NCBI GenBank assembly: GCA_040954595.2
Contig: CM082576.2
Span: 7,133,129 to 7,197,128 of the forward strand
Length of the DNA stretch: 64,000 bases
Origin: Balanoglossus misakiensis
Taxonomy: Eukaryota > Animalia > Hemichordata
Direction of reading: 5' to 3'
A program made the translations under genes and the position numbers. The notes under the pieces are model-generated. The model searched no databases, was not told where the DNA came from, and worked only from the letters and a program-made list of their open reading frames with translations. Below are positions 14,340 to 22,640 of this stretch, piece by piece. The stretch's first letter is position 1. Every line of letters starts with the position of its first letter.

Positions 14340-15181
14340 GTTATGGACAGAGTGTCCCAAGAACATTCTGGGGTCGACATGTTGTCATCGTCTACGCTCT
14401 GATGGGAATACCGCTAACTGGCTGGACACTTAGCATAATCGGAAACCACTGGCAAGCAACATTTCGCAAAAACTGCAAAAGGCTCAGTCAGACTCTGCCG
14501 CACAAAACGCCAAGATGGCTGCGACGCTTACTTCAAGTGCTGACCGTGGGTCTCATGAGCTGGTTTGTGTTTGTGGTCGTCCCAGCCCTGATCTTCATGT
14601 ACATTGAAGATTGGGATTTTTACATCGCTCACTATTACACCTTTGTAACCCTGTCCACGATTGGCTTTGGTGACTACGTGGCCTCTCGCGATTTGAAGAT
14701 CTCGGAGAGGTTCCAGTGGGTTTACGACATCGTGGTGGCAGTGTGGTACCTGTTCGGGTTATCGTATCTCGCCGTTGTCATAACGGCGATCAACAAAGAA
14801 CAACACGAGAAATGGAAGGAAATAAAGACACTTTCCAAGACGCTGGGACAGAAGAAGGACGCCGGAAAGGCTGCAGATCATCCGGAGAGCGGAATCGGTG
14901 CTGAGCTTGAGGAATATCAGCAGAACACCGGGAATGGGAGGATGACCAGATCCCTGTCTGTAGACTCTGGTTTATGCAGACTGGTTTTCTGCAGCGGTTC
15001 GTGGCATTGCAAGCGCACAAATCTCCATGCTGTATTGAGTCAGCTGTCCTGTCAAAGGCATGGATTGGAGTGCGCCAAACAGTGCATCAGCAAGTGTAGA
15101 CACCTGAATGGAAACACCCTCGAGTCTGTCGGTGACGGAGGACAAAATGGCCAAACTGTGGAGTCCGAAACCTGCATGTGA
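14340..15181 (+). CDS. K2P gene B alternative terminal exon, body 1 (intronless GYG-M2-M3-P2-M4-tail); 381 aa when joined to 12659-12962
   Basis: Acceptor catctcAG at 14338-14339; (G)GT TAT GGA CAG = GYGQSVPRTFWGR; TIGFGDYV; open to TGA at 15179-15181. Close paralog of 214-1034. AATAAA at 15892 and 15924. Confidence 0.88.
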
Positions 15182-16435
15182 AGAAAGTGACCGATAATTG
15201 TATTATTTATAACTTTGGCAAAAAAAAAACTTTTTTTGTTCAAACATTTGCCCCTATTTATTTTTTACTTTTTTATCAGAAATGCCCAAATTTAACACAT
15301 GGGTATTGTACAAAGAGACATTATACATACAACTCCTTATTTTCTACAACTTATAGCCATGAAAGTGAATTTTGGTTTTAAAAAAGTTGATTCTTGGTCA
15401 AATCTTGCCTAACAAAATTAGGCTTTTGCTCATTAACAATGCCTAAAATTTTCAGGTGGAGTCATTTTACAGCATAGTTAAGTGTTTATGATTCTCATTT
15501 TCATAATCCATGGTCATTTCGTATGTAGGTGTGCAGTAGGTGTGTGCCTGATCAATGGTGCGCCCTCTATAGTTGTCTCTTTGCAGTAGCAAGATGTTAG
15601 TCAAACTTTGATGTACATTGTATTAAAGCTCACAATCTCTCAGGAACTATGGCATATCAAATACAACATAGTTGATCATTGTGTGCATGGTTTTCAAACC
15701 AGTCATGACTTGTTCACCATTTTTCATAGTACAGTAGAGATACTGTCTACAAACTAGAAAGACCATATGAAGTGAGTATATATGTATTGGTAGTTATACA
15801 TGTAGTTATACATGTATAAAACATGGCGCATGCATTTATGTGTACCAGTATGTCTCAAATATAAATGAATGCATGTGATGTATGTCATTAAAATAAATGT
15901 GGTTCTCACTTTAACAATCTGCTAATAAATGTATATTTACCACTTGTCTGTATATAATGACTTAACACTCATGAAGAAGTTCTTTTGTGCTGATCCTTTC
16001 AATGGCTATCTCTGGTGGTTCAAATGATGTACATATACATGCACTTCTTGGTTCTTGGTGAAAGAAGTGGAATTAAACATTGATACTACATGTATATTTA
16101 ATCCTGCCAGCAATGTCCACTATTGTGGTGTACATTATGCATGAGAATCAGTTCACTTTCACAATTAAGATATATGTAACCTTCACTTAATAAATACTTT
16201 TATTTTATTTTAATTTGCCAGTTTACGACTGAAATCAATGATTTAATTGATTGATACGTGTTCACTATTGGATGGTTGATCACTATTCACAATCATTGAA
16301 ATTTCACTTAACTTTTGACCTGAGGAAATAATAGGGGTAGGGGACCAGTTTGAGAATATTACAGCAACTGAAACAATTAACTTTTGTACGATGTATAGAT
16401 TGTCATTTTGCTCCTCTTTGTGCCTCATTTCACAG

Positions 16436-17458
16436 GATATGGCAACATTTCCCCGTCGACCCTCGGAGGGCAGGCCTTCTGCATCCTTTTCGCCTTCATG
16501 GGGATCCCGCTGTGTGGAATCTTCCTGGCGGCCATCGGCGACAAGCTGGGTCAGCGCGCCCGGCAAATGGAAGACAGGATCTCCAAGTGGAAGTACTCGG
16601 CCTCCCACCCGAAGGCGGCTCGTCTCATCTACCTGTTCGTCTTGATCGGCTTGGGAATGTTGCTGTTCATCACCTTCCCGGGTTTGATCATCGGCGCCGT
16701 TGAAGACTGGGAATATCGAACGGCCTGGTATTATTGCTTCATCACCTTGTTTACAATAGGATTTGGTGACTACGTCATGGGTGAGTCGTAATACTGTCAA
16801 ACGGGATATTTTTGTGACAGGAAATTTTTGCGATATCAACAGAAGGGACTATTTGGCATTCTGTTTATCTCCTAATAACATTTAATTGTACACATTGTTC
16901 TTTTGTGGCTATTATTATTGCACTTTTAAGGCTTCCGCAAAGGTCGAGAAAATTTCCCGTTTTACAGTAATTCTTGTGTGAAAAAAAGATCAGCAGTAAC
17001 ATGGTTTAAATTAAAATACAGCCCTTTAAGCACACATGTTCATTTGTCATTTTGTATAGATTATAATCCATTGACCAAGTGTTGTGAAAACTGGCAAGTG
17101 CGTGTAGTAACGAAACAGTGACCTGCATTTGTTGATAGGTACCAACGAAGACAAGGACTACCCATTGGTGTACAAGTGGGCGGGGTACGCCTGGATCATC
17201 ATCGGTCTGGCCTACCTGGCGCTGCTTGTGAACATGATCTCGGATATCATGAAGAAATGGGGCCAGAAGATCAAAGATAACGATGACGAAAAGGGCGGCG
17301 CTGAAGACAACCCCAACGATGAAACCAAAATGACAATGGCCGAGATGGACAACCTTCCCATTATGTCCGGAGAGAGCCAGCAGAACGGGGCAAAGGAGAA
17401 GACTGGATCAACGGAATTGACTGCGGTGAATTCAAATGATGAACATACTCAGATGTAG
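16436..17458 (+). CDS. K2P gene B canonical body 2: exons 16436-16780 and 17139-17458; 322 aa TREK/TALK-like channel when joined to 12659-12962
   Basis: Acceptor ttcacAG at 16435; (G)GA TAT GGC AAC = GYGNISPST; ...TIGFGDYVMG|GTGAGT donor at 16780/16781; acceptor gatAG at 17138; GTNEDKDYPLVYKWAGYAWIIIGLAYL; TAG at 17456-17458. Exon sum 304+345+320=969 nt is in frame. Confidence 0.93.
16794..16967. mobile_element. Tc1/mariner-type MITE in K2P gene B intron
   Basis: Imperfect terminal inverted repeats CTGTCAAACGGGATATTTT / AAAATTTCCCGTTTTACAG, flanked by TA on both sides (16792-16793 and 16968-16969); no coding capacity. Confidence 0.65.
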
Positions 17459-18719
17459 GGGAGCAATTGCAGCTTGAATTGTCTTGTTTTGTGTCCTGTC
17501 GTTTGTTTTGAAAGTTACATAAGAAAAAGAACCAGCTGATTTGTCCTAGCTTAATAGTTGTATTTTTGTTACTTCACTCAAAGAGTTATTTTCTACTGAT
17601 ACATAAGTTATTCTAACCTACGACTGCTATCTGCATGCAAATTTACCATTTCACAGGGTATATCTTATGGTTTGACGTGCCGACCGCACAAAGCACCTTG
17701 ATCCAAACAATTTGGATATATTTTGGGGTGTCGCACATGGAGGGGCAGTTGCAGTCTTCCTATATGAAAAAAAAGTTCATATTGCCTTGCAGACTGTCCT
17801 CAGGCCTCATGGCCGAGCAGACTGCCTCTAAAACACCACATGTGTAGTGGTTCATCCACAATGCCATTATGCAATGCTATAAGTTCTTGAAAACACAAGC
17901 ACATTATTCCACTCAGTATAATTAATGGGAGTGTGTGAAAATGGTGACTTCCTGCTCTCATGGTGCAGATTTCAAACCAAATATGTGCCACATGACATCA
18001 GACGTTTAAATTTCTTTGATACAAAAAGCTTTTGAAAGTTATTGCCAGATTGACAGCTGATTTTCATTGATCATGAGAACGATGTACAAAACATTTTAAC
18101 TAATTAACTTATAATGTGAATTTTATAGGAGAAACCAAAGAACTGTGTTCCTTATGTAGCTGAAGAAATTTTATGTTTAATTTTACACCAAATTTAGATA
18201 TTTTGCTGCTATTATAATTACTAAGTGCAGAAATCACGTTTTACATAAATCTCTCATCAAAAGAGGCTCCCAATTTCTAAAACATTTTATGACATTTTTA
18301 TCGGATGTTGAAATATTGTTTTATCTGTACAGTGTCCTTTACTAGAGAAGTGATGATGTAAAACTGTGACTATTTTTTTGTTAACTTCAGGTTTAATGCC
18401 AAGTTGTGAATTGGGTTTTGGGGGCTACCTGAATCCTTTGGAACAGGGTAGATACTAGCTGTGGAAATGCAGCTGTACCTACTTAATAAGCAGCTAATAC
18501 TATCTACATTAAAAATGCTATTGTTCTTTTTATTTTATTTTAAAATATGACCACTACTCTTTGTACTTAAATTGTATGTGACTGCCTTTTGACTGAACTG
18601 ACTTGAATAGTTTTGAAAGATTCCTGCTTTACTGCAAGAGTACTTGAATTTCAGATTTGGTATAGTTCCAGAGGGTCAAATGTGATCCTGATCAGATTCT
18701 TTATCATTAAACAGTAATG

Positions 18720-18747
18720 AAGAGAGAGAGAGAGAGAGAGAGAGAGA
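18720..18747. repeat. (AG)n microsatellite
   Basis: Direct read of the agagag run. Confidence 0.95.
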
Positions 18748-19410
18748 AACGAAAATGCTTAATTGCATTGTAGGCCATAAACACAGTTTAACAAAAATTA
18801 CTGGTAAACCTCCTTTCTTGGTGCAAAATGTACAGTGAAAATTTACTCTAGGTAAATGAAAACTGTGAAGATGTATAAACATGCCCACTATTGATTTCCT
18901 TGAAATTTATAATGTTAGTCCATGTTCTGACACCTTGGTTCTGACAAACACATATATATAGGTGTGTCATTATCTGCAACCTAATTTTGTAAGATACAAA
19001 CGCCTCTGTATTCCATGCATAGTACCGGTAATTTTATAATGTCAGGTTGTCTCTACAAAATGTGCGTTGAATCAGATGTATTGGAAAACTCAATGCCAAA
19101 GTAAGGTACCGGTACATTTGTAGTCCTAACACACAGATGTGATCTGGTGACCTGTAATTGTATTGTGCCAAGTCGTGCCTTCGTAACAAACACTGATTAC
19201 CGTCATATTGTGTTTTGTGTCAGTGTGAATACAGATCGTGATTTTTAAACTGTGCAGTACTATTTTATGGTTATGGGCACCAGATACATAATAACAGGGT
19301 CATACACAGTCAAGAAATATGTTGTTGTGAATTTTGAGTCATTTTTTCAAATCACGTAACCCACCAACTTGCACTAAAGCATGTAATCTTGCGAGAAAAT
19401 ACTGATGTAG

Positions 19411-19416
19411 AATAAA
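19411..19416 (+). terminator. Likely polyadenylation signal of K2P gene B body 2 (long 3' UTR)
   Basis: AATAAA followed by GT-rich sequence, near the end of the CpG-poor domain. Confidence 0.4.
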
Positions 19417-19470
19417 GTCATCTATAAACAATCTGGTAAAACACTTTGGGCTGTGTGCATTGGTCTCGTG

Positions 19471-19566
19471 TAGTTGTTTGTGATTGGCTAGTTCCTTGTC
19501 AAGTAGTCGTTTGTGATTGGCTAGTTCCTTGTCAAGAGGTTGCTTGTGATTGGCCAGTTCCTTGTC
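19471..19566. repeat. 3 x 33-bp tandem repeat, each unit carrying a CCAAT box (TGATTGGC)
   Basis: Unit TAGTTGTTTGTGATTGGCTAGTTCCTTGTCAAG; ATTGG at 19483, 19516 and 19549. Confidence 0.85.
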
Positions 19567-20197
19567 CCTGACGTTACTCTGCCCAATGCTTAAAACCTGG
19601 TATTTTTATGATGTCTTTCATGTCAACGTAGATTGCAACAGTATTCCCCGCTTTGTTCAGTGTGATATTTCCTTACTTGGATCAACCAACAAAAAAGCAA
19701 GAAGATCGCGCACCTTGAGTTCCATTGTGAAATAATTGCATATTCTTAGTATTCATTTCTATCAAATTGCGCCAGAACTATAGTCAAGGAACAATACACT
19801 GTGTGTCCCTGGAGATCACCAATGCATCATTATTTCGAGATGAATTTCATCGCTCTCGTTAAAAATGCATTGGGATACATATCATTACAGTACGTTGGCC
19901 AGTTATGCGAAATGTTTAAGTATTAACCAATGTTGTCATGGCAAAACTTCATCAAGGGAGATTTGCTTCCGATGGTTCAACGCCTCGAAGCGAACCCAAT
20001 TAATAACGTTGACAGCAGAGTGATATCAACAAGCGACTCGCGTCGACCAGTAGGCCATCCGCTAAATGGTTGTTCTCAGTGCCACAAGACAAGACACAGT
20101 TGGCACCGCGGAGATTTTACAAAGACCGGGCGAACACTACTTCGTGTATATTGATTTTGCATTAATTTACATATAACGAGGGAACCAGGCGTAAACT

Positions 20198-22129
20198 ATG
20201 GCGAAGAAGTGCGACTTGAAGTTGATAATTTTCGGTTTGGGTCTATCGGCGTACTTGATGTTTGGCGCGACAATTTTCATGGTATTGGAATCGGACGCAG
20301 GTGGCGGTTCGATCCGGTCAGAACATCTTCTTGAAGATCATTTGAACGACACCGTGGCAAGACTGCTGGGCGATTGCACCTGTGTGAACGGGGCGGAAGG
20401 CAGGAAGGAAATGATCTCCGCTGCTGTTACGGCTATCATTGACATTGTGAATTCCGCCCCAAATCCCCTCCCCTGGGATTACAGCAACTCTTTCTTCTTC
20501 GCCGGCACAGTAGTCACAACTATAGGTGAGTTGATGCTTACAGAATAGCGACAGAAAATAGAAAAGTCTCGCGTTTCCATGGCAACCATAACGTTGGAAG
20601 TACACTGTAGTGTGAATATTTCTAGTTATACAATCCGGTTTGCCATGTACGACGAACGGATATCTACCTACTGTAACCCGCAACTCATGCATATCTAATC
20701 ATGCACAGAGCTAGCTCATGCATTGCGTTGTGCTGCCTTCTCAGGCTTGTTATAGACTATGCCACAGCACCGTGTTTAAGTCTCTTAGCTGCTATGGCAA
20801 CACACTAGTGTTAACTCCCCCACACGACATTCGCACAACCGTGTTGTGTTGTGTTGTGTTGTGTTGTGTTGTGTTGTGTTGTGTTGTGTTGTGTTGTGTT
20901 GTGTTGTGTTGTGTTGTGTTGTGTTGTGTTGTGTTGTGTTGTGTACCAAACATGAGAAAGATAACACAAACATACTAACATGCTCTTTTCCCAGTCAGAT
21001 ACCTCGGTCTTACATATATAGGCCTATGTACAAGTTTAATTAACAGTCAATTAACCATCCATTATCCACATTAATATTCATCTCTTGCTTGCATAAGGAT
21101 ACGGACACCTTGCTCCGTCGACCCGTGCAGGGCGAGCCTTCTGCATACTCTACGCCTTCGTGGGAATCCCACTCTGCGGTCTTTTCCTCAAAGTCGTCGG
21201 CAACAAACTGGGGAGTAACGCCCGACGACTGGAAGAGCGTCTCAAGAAGTGTGGCTGTTTGGCGGAATATCCCAAGACAACGCGGCTTCTCTACTTGTTG
21301 ATTCTGATCGTCTTCGGCATAGTAGTTTTCATCGCCTTCCCCAGTCTCATCATTTCCGAAGTCGAAGGCTGGAGTTTCTTGGAATCGTGGTACCATTGCC
21401 TGATCACTTTGCTGACAATCGGCTTCGGGGATTTCGTCATGGGTAAGTGTCGAGAGCATCATGTTTTATGAATGCAGAGTACCACTTTAAATAACCGAGC
21501 TGAGGCCCACCAAAATATGTGTTTAATTCCGAAAAAGATTATTCAGTTCAGAATAATGTTATTTTCTGATACATTTTATTATTTTCCAATGTGTGTCTTG
21601 AAGAAGTAATTAATGTGATTAGTTACTTCTTAATTACTTCTGAATAAGAAAACAACGTTAATGCATCACATCCCGGTATCTAGACCAATACAGTACTTAG
21701 CACTCTATTGAAGGAAAGTTGAACATCTCTCACCCAACAGGTAGCAACAAAGACATAGAGTACCATATTGCGTACAAGATCGCTGGTTACTTCTGGATTG
21801 CCATCGGGTTAGCTTACATAGCGCTGCTCATCGACGATATTGCCGATATAATTGCAAAATGGAACGAGAAGATGGAGACGGAGGCCGACGTATTGGGTGA
21901 CCACCTAGGCCTTCCAAAAATGCAACAGTCCGGCATCGACAACACTGGAGTTGAAACGAGTGACAAACTGATAGCCGATGCAGACCCACGCGACGGCGAT
22001 CAGACTGCGGACAGAGAGGCTAATACTACAAGTAACCAACAGCCGGGCGAACAGCAGGGTAACAGAAATAGCGATGATGTGCAGAATCCACGGGACGACG
22101 CTAAGCTACCGACAGCTGATGTGATTTGA
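20198..22129 (+). CDS. K2P (KCNK) potassium channel gene C; exons 20198-20525, 21098-21442, 21741-22129; 353 aa
   Basis: WDYSNSFFFAGTVVTTIG|GTGAG donor; acceptor taAG then GYGHLAPST; LTIGFGDFVMG|GTAAG donor; acceptor aacAG then GSNKDIEYHIAYKIAGYFW; TGA. Exon sum 328+345+389=1062 nt is in frame. Intron positions and the 345-nt exon 2 match gene B body 2. Confidence 0.93.
20573..20586. promoter_or_regulatory. RFX X-box (GTTTCCATGGCAAC) in intron 1 of K2P gene C
   Basis: Matches the RFX consensus GTTNCCATGGNAAC; near matches at 19932-19945 and 20788-20801. Confidence 0.5.
20841..20944. repeat. (GTGTT)n pentanucleotide microsatellite, ~20 copies, intron 1 of gene C
   Basis: Direct read; it explains the spurious VVLCC/HNTTQ ORFs. 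Confidence 0.97.
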
Positions 22130-22599
22130 AGCGCACCGACCAACAAAATACACTTTACGTGCAAACAGACAATCGGTTGTTTTCGATGGCGCGACAAGAT
22201 GAACACTGACAGAGAAAAGAAAAACTTTTATTTTATTTTAAAGAACTTGGTTTATTTCAATCTGAACAATGTGTCGAGAACAGGCGGCACCCGAATAAGG
22301 AAATCAGAAATGTCAGGTTGACAATCGAGTACTGGATAGAGAACACTGACGTAAAACTGAACAATGAAGCCGACCATTCTAAAAGACGCGGTCTTGTCGT
22401 CACTTTTTTCGCACCTCTTTAGAAGTTATTAAAGTGGTTCTGTTTACAGAAAGGTTGACTCGTTTTGTTCATTTGTCATTTCGACAGCGACTAAAATTTT
22501 AAGAAAAGACTTACGCCCTCAAATAGAACTTGTTGTCTACATATTTGTTTTTAGCGCTGTTAATTGGCGAAAACAACAGCAACCATAAAGAAGTCTGTA

Positions 22600-22640
22600 G
22601 AGAGCGCTATCACTTCCGCTCGAACAACATGGCTGCCCTC
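22600..22640 (+). promoter_or_regulatory. Housekeeping-type promoter elements at the WDR74 start
   Basis: Ets-like CACTTCCG (22611-22618) and YY1-like AACATGGC overlapping the ATG, in a CpG-rich context. Confidence 0.4.

Noticed and set aside
14402-15181. Stand-alone intronless gene or processed pseudogene starting at Met 14402
   Set aside because: The frame continues upstream to GYG at a proper phase-1 acceptor, there are no disablements or poly(A) remnant, and a product from this Met would lack P1.
16243-16839. 198-aa minus-strand ORF, and similar antisense ORFs over other exons
   Set aside because: Antisense shadows of GC-rich coding exons, with no recognisable motifs.
20718-21043. ORFs with VVLCC / HNTTQ repeats
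   Set aside because: Translation of the (GTGTT)n microsatellite.
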